64,000 bases of DNA from Vicugna vicugna (Eukaryota). The notes below the pieces were generated by a model. The model saw only the letters and a list, made by a program, of their open reading frames with translations. It was not told the origin of the DNA and ran no database searches. The stretch covers positions 1,676,001 to 1,740,000 of the forward strand of contig MU058009.1 of NCBI GenBank assembly GCA_013265495.1, written 5' to 3'. Shown piece after piece: positions 1 through 11,215 of this stretch; within the stretch, counting starts at the first letter, position 1, and each line of letters starts with the position of its first letter. Both the position numbers and the translations under genes were made by a program.

Positions 1-101
1 ATAGCATTTGATACCCACACGAGCCAGAGGAGGCAGCCCTCAGCCAGCTTCCACTGCCCTTCGCTCCCATCCTCCATCACACCCTCTGCGTGTGTTCCTA
101 C

Positions 102-246
102 CTGAGCCGCAGTGTTCGAGACCGGTGGGCACTTCTTGAGTGGCCGTCTCGTCCCAGAAGGGGTAACACGCCCTCGGCGGGTGGTAAGCGGACTGGAAAC
201 CACAGGCCATTCGAGGATCTTCATAAGAGTTGATGGGCCCCTGCCT
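102..246 (-). CDS. ETS1: ETS1 long-isoform coding exon (second coding exon, 145 bp, phase 0 start, phase 1 end); gene continues beyond position 1
   Basis: Minus strand reads cctttcctggttacag|AGG CAG GGG...GGC TCA G|gtagga and translates to RQGPINSYEDPRMACGFQSAYHPPRACYPFWDETATQEVPTGLEHCGS. This matches the recalled N-terminus of human ETS1 long isoform (RQGPSNTYEDPRMNCGFQS...QEVPTGLEHCVS). Splice sites are canonical AG/GT and the frame continues from the upstream exon. Confidence 0.96.
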
Positions 247-605
247 CTGTAACCAGGAAAGGAAGGGAAATATATTAAAATTTCCTAATAGAACAGGAAC
301 TTTGTATCATCCATCCACGTATAAGTAGGAATTATCCACAGAGGACACAGCATAGGACCAACTCTTAGTCACTCCATCCATCAAAAAAAAAAAAAGATGC
401 AAGGAGTGAGAAGGGTTTCTGATTTAGATTACATGTACATTTCTTTTCATCCATTTCTTCAAGCATCTGAAGATTTTTTTTTAAAGTTTCAAATAAGGAC
501 CCATAGTTAACAGCAAAGTAAAATCTTGGTCATCTTTATCCAATCTGGCTTTTGCTTTTTTTATGTAATCTTACTCTGTAAAAACATCATGAAAGGATTA
601 TTCTT

Positions 606-723
606 TGGAGGGGGGTGGTAATTAGGTTTTTTGTTGTTTTTTTTTTAATGGAGGTACTAGAATAGAACCCAGGACCTTATGCATGCTAAGCACACACTCT
701 ACCTCTGAGCTGTACCCTCCCCC
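606..723 (-). mobile_element. tRNA-derived SINE, camelid type (Vic-1-like)
   Basis: Reverse complement reads ggggagggtacagctcagaggtagagtgtgtgcttagcatgcataaggtcctgggttctattctagtacctccatt followed by an A-rich tail. It is flanked by a near-identical TSD, tgaaaggattattctt (590-605) / tgaaaaggatattctt (724-739). Confidence 0.85.
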
Positions 724-1009
724 TGAAAAGGATATTCTTAAAACACAGTATAATACCAGAACCAAGAAGTGACAAATGCCAAAGGAAAAACAATAAATGG
801 GACGACCTAATAAAAATCACTCATTTGTCAGTTCATCAGTGTGCATAGATTTTAATGATACTGATTGCTAGATTGGAAGTTTTAGTTTTTCCCAACATCT
901 GGGTACTTGGGCAACTCTCTTGTCAGTTTCATAAAATCCATAAAATACACTTTCCACCCAGTACTCTCTAAGGAAGACAGATATGCCACACGGGAAGGCA
1001 TGGTTTGCA

Positions 1010-1190
1010 GGGTTTAAGAACCTATTCCGTGAAGCCAGGTGTACATGGATTCACATCTTGGCTCCATCACTTACAGATGGGGACCTGGGCCTGTACCTTT
1101 AACTAAACCTCAGTTTACTCAATTGTAAAATGGGAATAATGTTTCCTATAAGGTGGGAGGATTGAATGAAATAAAATGTGTAAGAAAATT
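1010..1190 (+). mobile_element. MIR SINE
   Basis: Contains the MIR core-like cctcagtttactcaattgtaaaatgggaataat...gaggattgaatgaaataa. Confidence 0.7.
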
Positions 1191-1824
1191 ACATATAAAG
1201 CAAAATAAAATATGATATGCATGTAATAAAATTATGTATTATATGAAATGCATGTCATAGTAGTGTATGTGCAGCCTAATCTAAGGTAGGTATTAATATA
1301 AGAGAGCGTTAACATTCCTGGGATTGGGCAAGAGGTTTGACCATTAAGACACAAAAGGAGAAGCAGCAAATTCATGGGAAGATTTCCTGAGAACAGGAGT
1401 CTGATGTACACTGGCCCATCCTCAGCTTTCTTTTCTAATTCTTTCTCTCTTCTATTATGGCCCCTTCACCTCCATAAAAACCCCCAACTGAGAAAACGGA
1501 ACTTTGCTAGAATCTGATGTGACTAGAGCTATTGATGTTAAGGGGCTAATTAATAAATGTAACTGCTCAGACGAAATTCTCACTCCTAACAAGTAGCTTG
1601 CCAACCCCAGTAAGAGCCTCTAACTGGGGAACCTCCAACCTTCTCTCTCCCCGGGAGCTGTAGGGCAAGAACGCAGCAATGTTACGTTAGAGTCCGTCAC
1701 TTGCTATCAGCACTTGTCTCCATTTTGCATTTGTCCATTTGCTTAAGCTCAGTAAAAGTAACAGAAGAGAGTACATTGGCATGGAGAAAAATGCCAATCA
1801 AATCCAAAATATAAAATGAGGTTT

Positions 1825-1973
1825 ACATATTATTATACGTTATAACATATAAAATGGGAAAGAATCTGAAAAGAAACAACATATATGTGTGTATATGTAT
1901 AACTGAATCTCTTTGCTCTACACCTGAAACTCACATTGTAAATCAACTGCAATAAAAAAAAAAGTTGTTTTTA
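1825..1973 (+). mobile_element. Short 5'-truncated L1 3' end (artiodactyl type)
   Basis: Sequence tatatgtataactgaatctctttgctctacacctgaaact...attgtaaatcaact is followed by poly-A. TSD is aaaatgaggttt (1813-1824) / aaaacgaggttt (1974-1985). Confidence 0.8.
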
Positions 1974-3399
1974 AAAACGAGGTTTTGTGCATACTCATTG
2001 GAATGGCATTTTTCATAGTATTCATAAAATCATCCAAACCAGGGCTGGATGACGTTTACTCGGGGGCTGCTCCTCTGTCAAGTGAGTTAAAGGTGCTCAG
2101 AAAGGAATTACATCCTTGGGACTGAACAGAGTCACATCGAGTTGTTGTGTATCAAAGGCTAATAATGTCTTTGGCTTCTGCAACTGGACAGCCCTGGTGA
2201 GAGCCCACAGGAATATAAATGGAGTGATGGGACTTCTGCCACTTGTGTTTGGGACCAGGATTTGGGGAATCCGCCAGCAAGAACACCACTGCGCTTCCGT
2301 CAGAAAGCATGTCCTTAATTCTGACTTTAAACCTTTTTGCTAACATTGTGTTTTAATATTGTGAGCCCTGAGGCAACTACATTAAGGTTTTCCTTCAAAT
2401 CCCCAAGGATAAGCAGGTCTTCAACAGTCCCTTGCAACGGAATCAACTGGAAACACATTTCCCAGACTAGCTGTGGGCTCTCTGTGTTGACCCCCATCTT
2501 TTCATATTTCTCTAGAGTCTTTCTCAAGATTCAGTGCCAAGTAGCAGAGTTGTATGAATAGGGTCTTGAGCCAGGAAATTTTGTATCTGAACATCATAAA
2601 GGAGAACTCTGAGTGACCGAACCCTGTCTTCTTTTGGGGTACCATGTGCATGGTTTGCCTAAACCAGGAGATTCAGACCGGGGATGACCATGCAGCGGTA
2701 CAGTGAGTCAGCTCACAGCTTTGACCAACAACCACACATAGAATCTCCCTGAGTTTCATGAGTGGCTTTTTTAACCAAGTCTCTCCTGCTCCCAGGGCAG
2801 GCTCCTTGTTGTCAGGGAGGGTCTATTTATTATTTTATACAGGGAAGTCTATTTTTTAAGACACATTTCCTCTTTAGTGGTCCTCAGTGGTGCCAGGGGA
2901 CCCTATTTTTAAGACTGAGAAGGAGATGATGCACCAAACCTACCAGGAACCACAAACATCTTTGCCAACAGATGCTCTCGGGAAGATCGGGACCCTTGTT
3001 ACTTAGACACCTGCCTGTTTATTAGACATTTCACAAACTGACCTAATACCTATTTCAAAGTGCACGAAAATGACATTTTTACTCAAGAGAACCACAGAGC
3101 CAGTTCCAATTCATTATGAAACCTTCTCCGTTAAGGAGGAAGAAGCAGGTTATTAACAGATCAGAGAGCTGGGCAGCAAAGCCCCCCCCACTCCGTGCTT
3201 CAAAAGGGCACCACCCAAAACACGTTCAAGTCAACATCTTCCTTTTCTGGCCGCGGGTGAACTGGAGGTGAGCTCAGGAGACGCAAGCAACCTTCCCAGC
3301 CCCGGTCACAGTTTGAGGAAACCACCTGACGGGTCATCGCTCATTCACCCCCCAGGTGATTATTGAGACGAGGTGCCCCACACACCACTCCGTGCCGGC

Positions 3400-3590
3400 T
3401 GGTGAGCTAAGCACGGTGGAGAGCGGGCCACGTTTAATCCTCACCATAGCTGCGCAAGATTGGTGTTTCTATCTCCGCTTCAGAGAAAAATCACCTGAGC
3501 CTTTAAGAGGGCAAGTAACTTTCCCAAGTCCACGCAGCTAATAAATAACAGAGAGAGAATTTTAAACGAGGTCTCCTCGATTTCAGACAC
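3400..3590 (-). mobile_element. MIR SINE
   Basis: tttaatcctcac...aagtaactttcccaagtccacgcagctaataaat resembles the reverse complement of MIR. Confidence 0.6.
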
Positions 3591-3679
3591 TTTTCCTCGA
3601 CCTGTGCAACAGAGATCTTGTGTGTCTCTAATCCCAGCTGCTCAGGAAGGAGGTACTAGATGAATTATGACAAGGGACA

Positions 3680-4930
3680 TTCATGGAGCAAATCTATATC
3701 ATGCAACGAGTCTCTGCCAAGTATGATGTTCGACGCTAAGAATACAATATGAGCAAGAAATGAACTTTACCCTGAGGAGCACACAGACTAGTAAACAGGA
3801 TATTACAGCCGGGGGATGTGACAGGGCTAAGTGCTGGTGTGTACGGGGGAGGAGGGCGGCAGCAGGTAAGACTTCCTAGAGGAAGCAGATTAATTAAGGT
3901 GAGAACTGAAAAGTCAAGGGAGATTCAGCCTAGAACAGCTGAAGACTCTAGAGAGCAGAAGGAGACTTACCGAAACGGGGGAAGGAGCTTGCACGGCTGT
4001 GTAAGGGAAACTAAGACAGGCTGAGCCGGGCGGTCTAGAGACAGACTCTGCTGCTTGGTGGGGACGAGCAGGAGGGAAAGGCGTGCTCTTCGGCGGTGAG
4101 AAAGCTGGCGGTGGAGGCCATTAGTAAGAATCAAAGCTGGAGGAACAGAGTAAGTTCACAGCGTGGAGGGCCATGAATACCAGGCCAGAACTTGCCTTCA
4201 GAAGAAAGGCATTCGCAGTGGTACTAGAGGCAGTGACGTGGAGAATCAAGGTGTTCTAGAAAGAGTCGTTGGAAAGCGCTAAGGAGGCCAGGATGGGTGG
4301 CAGCAGATGGCGGGGAGGCCGGCACAGGCAGGAGCAGTGCCCTGGGGCCATACTGGAGCCTGAGGCAGAAGGGCAAAAAAGTCGGTACTCCTGATCCAGT
4401 CTTTAAGATTTTTATTTCTTAGAAGAATTTTTGCATTAATTTTGATTTTCAAAAATATTGCATTTAAGATGAGTTCAGCTTGAGTCCTGAGTTGGGGGAC
4501 AGCCCTTAGACTTTGCCCCCAGATGGGCCCTTCACCTCAGTTACGGGGCTGAGCTGTGGTCCGGTTAGGAAGAAAGAGTTGATTTGGGTTATGAGTGTAG
4601 AGGTGAAGAGGAAACAAGAAATATAAGATGCGTGTCAAAGGAAGAGTCAACATGATTTTATAACTGATGGGAGATGAAAGAAAGTAGGGGGGATCCAAGT
4701 AATGCTGAGATGGATGGCTTTAATAATGGTAAAAATGGTGAATTTAAGTCCATAAATAAGGAGGGTGGAAGAAAATTTCACTTTTGGTTGTGTTCTGTTA
4801 GAGTGATGGCAGAGCAACTCGGTGGAGGGGCCCCTAAGGTGGCTGTAGGATGGGAGAAGACAGGAAAGGATAAAGTTAGATCTAGAAGCATAAAGGTCTA
4901 GTTAAAGTATAGAGTCTGGAAAAATGGCAG
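3680..4930 (-). mobile_element. Degraded L2 LINE, interrupted by a probable hAT DNA-transposon remnant at ~4335-4555
   Basis: Purine-rich plus-strand text resembles reverse-complemented L2 (aagacttcctagaggaag, gagtcaacatgatttt...gatgggagatga). The internal block ttttgattttcaaaaatattgcattt...ctttgcccc resembles hAT-family MER elements. Confidence 0.5.
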
Positions 4931-4961
4931 TAAAAATGAAAAGAGGATCAGAAACAGCTCT

Positions 4962-5621
4962 GCTACACCATCCAGCAATTCCATTTCTGGGTACTGACCG
5001 AAAAAAAAAAGGAAAACACTAATTCAAAAAGATAGATGCACCCCAGTGTTCCCTACAGCATTCTTTACAATAATCTTGATATAAAAGCAGCCTAAGTGTC
5101 CACTGATGGATGAATGGATAAAGATGAGGAACACACACACAGGAATATTACTCAGCCGTAAAAAAGAACAGAATCCTGCCACTTGCAACAACATGGATGG
5201 GCCTAGAGAGTATTATGCCAAGTGAAATAAGGCAGACAAACACAAATGCTGTGTGATTCCACTTCTATGTGAAATCTAAGAAACAAAACAAAGGAACAAG
5301 CATAACAAAACAGAAACAGACTCACAAATAAAACAGAGAACAAACTGGTGTTTACCAGAGGGGAGGGGAGCAGGGGGCATGAGTGAAATCAATGAAGGGG
5401 ATTAAGAGCAGTTATAAAGTAAGTGAGTCACGCAGATGTGATGCACAGCATGGGGACATGGTCAGTTAAACCGTGGTAACTTTGTATGGGGACAGAAGGT
5501 TCCAAGACTTACTGTGGGAATCTTCTTATAATGGCTGAAAATATCGAACCACTATGTTCATTTGAAAGTAACATGATATTGGAAGTCACTTATACTTGAA
5601 TTTTGGGGAAAAAAAAAAAAA
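4962..5621 (+). mobile_element. L1 3' fragment
   Basis: Contains catccagcaattccatttctgggt, gatgaatggataaag and gcaacaacatggatg, and ends in tatacttgaa followed by poly-A. Confidence 0.88.
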
Positions 5622-8175
5622 CGGGTCTGTAAAGTTGCCCGGAGCTGGGAGGAGACCTGAGGGGAAAAAAGACAGACCGGCTGGTTGAAGACACAGGAGG
5701 GAACACACGAGCCTGTCGGGTGCCCTGCACGCCAAGGGCAGAGTTCAGAAGCGGGCTGGGCAGCAAGTGGCTGCCGAGGAAAGGGCGGTGTCTGGGCGGC
5801 CTTGGAGGGCCTGGGTCCCTGGGCACCTCGGGCGAGCAGGCCCCCTTGCCCGGCTCTGCCACCCCCTGTCCGCTGGGAGGCTGTCAGCGGACACGAGCCC
5901 ACCGCCTAAAGGCTTTGTCTTTCTCATCCTAGAAGGAAGCAGCTTGATGCGCTGAAGCCTGGAAACCACCAGGGAGATGGACACACACTTGTCCCTGCCC
6001 CATGGGGAGCCAGCTCTGCTCTGAGGCCACTGCCACCCTCCTCCAGTCAGAGCCCCATCTCCTGTGTTATGTCTACCGGACTTTGCCTCTGGAAGCTTCC
6101 GTCGGGGACCTGTCTTCCCTCCCCCACCGCCACGCGGCTCTCTCCCTGTGCTCGCTCACCTGCCCCCAGCCCTGCCGAACCTCGGAGCCCTCCTCCCCGT
6201 GCCCCCGGAGACCCCCACCATCGGCAAAGCGGGGACAGGGGAGTACTTTTTCAACACGAACAGATGGCATCTGCGTGTCCGCGAGGACATGAACGCTACA
6301 CTTCTGTCTGGAGCCGAGCAGCCGTCGGTGTCCAGGTGTTTGCTTCTCAGCCCCCATCCTTACCCTCCTCGGGTACGAGTTCCTCAGAGCGCAGACTCCA
6401 GGGGAGTCAATCTACCTTTTCTTGAACCCACCTCAGAATCCCCGGGTGTAGCCCCAGCGCAGGGCCGTAAACAGACAAGACACAATATGTATTTCTAGAT
6501 GTTGCTGTTCAAAGCGTTCACCCAGAGGCGGAGCTGAGCTAGCACTGGCCGGATGAGCACAGGGGCTCGCCGCCCGCAGGGAGGACATTCCAGGAGCGGC
6601 CTAGATGTCCCGAGGCCCCAGGGGGAGGGCGGGAGGCTGGAAGCCAGGAAGCCTGCTCAGGCCCTGCTCTGGCCCTCAGGAGCCGCACGGCCTCCGGCCT
6701 GTCTCTTAACCTCCTCAAGCCTCTGCTTCCTGAGGAGGTCGGCCCCAGTGATCTCCAAGTTCCTTTCCAATTGCAAGTCTCCTTTTTGCTGAGCCGTCCA
6801 CATTCCTTCTCCTGACCTTGTGACTGACAACTTTCATTTGGTAAATAACCCCCCAGCGTGGAGAGGCCCGAAGAGACAAGAGGCTGTCGTGGTCGTGACT
6901 TAGACTCACGCTGGGGAGGGTCCCTGGAAATGTATTCAAGCCGTCACACTGTTTGTCTTCATTCTTCTCTAACACCCTGGTCACCCATCGTTCTGCCACT
7001 GCATTGTCCCTCTCTCAGTCAAGAACAGTGAAGTTTGGAAGTGCCAGGGTGCTGCACTGGCCGGGGCTCGCACACGACCCCTGCTCAAGGCAAGTCTGTG
7101 CAGTGGACAAGGAATTTCTCATCGTCAAACCTTGCACCTCGTTGCGTGCAGTTGATCTTCCGCGCTGCCTGACCAGCTCTGCAGACCTCCAGTTAAGTCT
7201 GGGCTTCCTCCTCCTGAGAAAACGCTAGACCGGCCAGCAGCCCCACACTCACAGTCCGACGCATCACCAAGAGGTGCTTTTGGCAACGCTGAGGAGAAGT
7301 TTGGGGGCAATCGGTTCTAGAACCCTGAGAAGGGCACGTGCATCCTGTCCCCTTGAGGGGCAGAACCCCCTCCACTGTCCCCAGTGCTCCCACCCCAAGA
7401 GATGGGGAGGGGGTGCAGCCACCGGAGAGGCAGGAACAGACAAAATAGGAAGCTCTCAGAGGGCAGTTTAATTTTAGACTCAAGGCCAGGAAATTCTTTC
7501 TAAAACAATAAGACTGATGGGCTTGGGCCTTGGCGAAAGGGCAGGCCTGACCGCTGCAGGTTTCAGAGAGAGAGAAAAAAGTTTGAAGTACAGAGAGCGG
7601 AGGCGGGAAGATCGGATTCTGCTCTCCGTGAAAAGCGGTGCTTGGTCTCCAGCCCGGCCACGCGGACCACAGCAGAGGCTGCCCAGGGACGCCCTGGCCC
7701 TCAGGCAGCAGACCAGGTTGGGGAAGGGGGGTGACAGTCGCTGCAGATCCTCACACCAGCCTGAGACCACAGTCCCCTCCACTCAAGAGCTTACTCAGTG
7801 GACCTGCCCCAGTCCTGGGCGCCTGGCCCTGACACTCCTGCTGAGAGATTCCGGGTGAGATACGTGTTATCCATCAGCTGCAGGAAGCCTGCGGACTCCC
7901 AGCCACCCCCTGGGCGCCGGCTTCGGGCATCCATCCCGGGGTGTGGAGATGGGGCGTGAGGCTGACTCAGGGCCTCCTGACAGGAGGTTGGGAGGACCTC
8001 CCGTGGTGAAAACACTGGTCAAGAATTCCGATCTGCTCAGCAGTCTACAAAATGGAGCTCTGGTTTTTTTCCTCTAAGCCAGAGAAGGTCAATTCACCAT
8101 AAATAAAACACACGGATGCATGGATTGTCATAAAGTCCTGTCTATCATGACATTTCTTAAAAATGATCAGGATGC

Positions 8176-8861
8176 CTTAAAAAACTAAAAATAGATTTAC
8201 CATATGATCCAGTAATCCCTCTCCTGGGCATATATCCGAAGAGAACTCGAATTTTAAAAGACACATGCACCCCAATATTCATAGCAGCACTATTCGCAAT
8301 AGCCAAGACATGGAAACAGCCTAAATGTCTATTGACAGATGACTGGATAAAGAAGCTGAGGTGTATTTATACAATGGAATACTATTCAGCCATAAAAAAG
8401 AATGAAATAATGCCACTTGCAGCAACATGGATGCACCTGGAGATCATCATTCTAAGTGAAGTAAAACAAAAAGAAAAAGAAAAATACCATATGATTTCAC
8501 TCATATGTATAATCTAAAAAAAAAAAGACACAAATGAACTTATTTATAAAACAGAAAGACTCACAGACATAGAAAACAAACTTATGGTTTCCAGGGAGGG
8601 AAGAGGGTGGGAAAGGATAAATTGGGAGTTTGAGATTTGCAGATTCTAACTACTGTATATAAAACAGATAAACAACAAGTTTATGCTGTATAGCACAGGG
8701 AACTATATTCAATATCTTGTAGTAACTGATAATGAAAAAGAGTAAGAAAACAAATATATGTATGTATGTGTATGATTGAAACATTATGCTGTACACCAGA
8801 TTGGTACAACATTGTAAACTGACCATACTTCAACTAAAATAAACAAATAAATTTTAAAAAT
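8176..8861 (+). mobile_element. 5'-truncated L1 (ORF2 C-terminal remnant plus 3' UTR)
   Basis: Translates to the L1 ORF2-end peptide [30 protein letters not shown] and has an A-rich tail. TSD is aatgatcaggatgc (8162-8175) / aatgatcaagacgc (8862-8875). Confidence 0.93.
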
Positions 8862-9844
8862 AATGATCAAGACGCATTTGATGGCAAGGCATGCCCTAAG
8901 CCAGGAGCCAGGAGATCTGGACCACTCTTCACCCCTTGCCAGCTTGTAAACTTGGGCAACTCATTTAACCTCTTAGCACCTGAATTTCCTGATGCTGGGA
9001 GATGGTCTCTAGGTTATGGTCTGGCTCTGAAATCCTCTAGTTCGTGCTGACTGGAGCCAGTATTTTAGAAAATCCCCACTTTCTAAGATGCTAGAAAATA
9101 GACGTTATCTCTCTTTTTTCCTTCACTTTTTCTGACTACCACTAAGAGTTTTGGCTGTAAATCATTTCTTAAGCCTTATGTTCCAGCAATCTCTCCAGGA
9201 GCAAAGCCATCACCACCGCAAGCAACAAGAAAAAACCATTTCTTTTCCAGTTTCCATTTACATTCTAAATTTCCTTGGGGATATGCTTACTTCTCTAGCA
9301 CTGAGGACTTTGCCCATTGCTTCCCAGGATTCCCAGACAGAAGGAAGAGGCACGTGTGCTGAGCTTCCTAGAAACAAGCACAAGCCTTTCCCGATTCCCA
9401 AGTGCAGGGACAGAGCAGACGCCCCAGCGACCACATCCTAAGGCATGTTGGGCGGAGGTGGAGAGCACAAACAGCACTGGGTAAGAAGGGGATTGCCTCC
9501 CAAGGAAGCCCAATTAAACTGCAATTACTCAAGATAAGAGAACCAGGTCTGTTTACACAATGGGGCTGTAAACCACCCACAAGAGAACCTTGATCGGGTG
9601 GCAGGGGCGCTATTTCTAGTGCAGGGTAGTAATGAAGCAATGAGGTTTCTCAATAAGAATGTCTCCATCTTTCCCCCAGTAGCGCCATCTTGTTCTGGCC
9701 ACACCCTTGTGGGGACAATCAGTGGAATCCTCTCCACGCCTTCCTCCATGTGTGCATCCCACACAACTGAAACGTCCAGAAAAAAACAGAGCTGAGATGG
9801 TAAACACGGGGGAAAGGGGGTTAACTGAGGTTTGTGGCTGGCCT

Positions 9845-9990
9845 CACAGTGACCTTATACAGTAGGTTACACTGCCCATTTTACAGATGAGGACATTGAG
9901 GGTCAGAGGATGGAGTTTGCCCAAGCTCACATGGCAGAGGAGTAACAGACCAGAATTTAATTCAGGTCTTTCTGATTCCAAAGCCTCAGT
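9845..9990 (-). mobile_element. MIR SINE
   Basis: cccattttacagatgaggacattgagg...ttgcccaagctcaca is the reverse-complement MIR core. Confidence 0.8.
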
Positions 9991-11026
9991 GCTGTCATGG
10001 TGATTGACAGGACTCTGTCCCACAGCCACCAGGCCCAGGACCAAAGACTGGGCGCCTCCCACATGTGCCTGTCCGGGCAGGCACTCTTGCCTGGCTTATC
10101 GCTGCATCCCCACAGGCCTGAGCTCTGAGAGGAGGCGAGTGGGCAATCATGCTGTTCCTTCCCACGGCTCAGGGTGCTTTCCAAGCCTGGCCCAGGGTCC
10201 CTCCATCCCCAAGGACCTCCTCCACATCTTCCTTGTCTGCGAGGTAGCCAAGGACCAGGACATGTTCGGTCAAAACTAGGAGTGGCGCATCCGCCCCATG
10301 CCTGCCCTCCCCCAGCCCAGCGGGCCGGGGACATGCAGCAGGGGATGACGTAGGAGAGGGTCAGGGCCGCCAGGAACTTCCAGGCCTCGAAGCGGGCTTG
10401 CTGAGGTGCCACAACAGGAAGGAGCGCTTCCTCCCCTTGGACGAAAGGGTGCCCGACACACAACCCATACCGGCACCTGCAGACGCCGCCCCCTCCCACG
10501 CAGCGCCGGGCAGCTCCCGCGCCTCCCCAGCTGCCGTGACATCACTTTGCTCGCGGTGGTCCCCTGAGAGGCTGGCCTTCCAACGGGGAGGGCACATGTT
10601 CTGTTTTTGACAAAGGGACCCTGGGGCAGATAATGTGAGTTCTGTGGAAAATGGTCACCCCCCTCCCCGGCTCCCGTGGGTGGGAGGAATTTTACAACTG
10701 TCGCTGTGAGTACTGTCAGCCTCCCCTGGTACAGCCAACCATCGGATCACGCCGACACCACCTCGAACCACAAATAAGGAATCTGAGACTCAGCAGTCTT
10801 CAGGGCCTAGAAAACATTCGTCTCCTGATTTAGAAGATTATTTCCTGGACAACGAAAGCAGCCTGCTCAGCAGAACCCCTCGTAACAGGAATACGACCTC
10901 ACTTTGTTTTCCTTTTTTTAAGACTTCCTAAAAGAGGTCATTTACACATAACAAAGAACAGCTTAGACCAGTCTGTACACATAGTACCTCTCCGCCTTTG
11001 GACCTGCTCTGGCGGCTGTTCCAGGG

Positions 11027-11215
11027 CAGGGCTTCTCAGCCTGGGCGCTGCTAACATCTGAGGCTGGACAATCCTTGTGTCGTACAGGGTGCTTAGCTGC
11101 ATCCCTGGTTCCTACCTTCTGGGTGTAGCATCCCCACTCCCCACGTTTTGGCAACCAAACATATCACCAGATGTCCCCTGGGGGCAAGATCACCCTGGGA
11201 TTAAAAAACCCACTG
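11027..11215 (+). mobile_element. MER20-like hAT-Charlie DNA transposon
   Basis: cagggcttctcagcctgggcgctgctaacat...gcatccctgg...tgtcccctgggggcaagatcaccc...aacccactg, with degenerate terminal inverted ends. Confidence 0.75.

Noticed and set aside
8332..8517. 61-aa ORF with protein-like sequence
   Set aside because: It is a remnant of the L1 ORF2 C-terminus inside a truncated L1, not a host gene.
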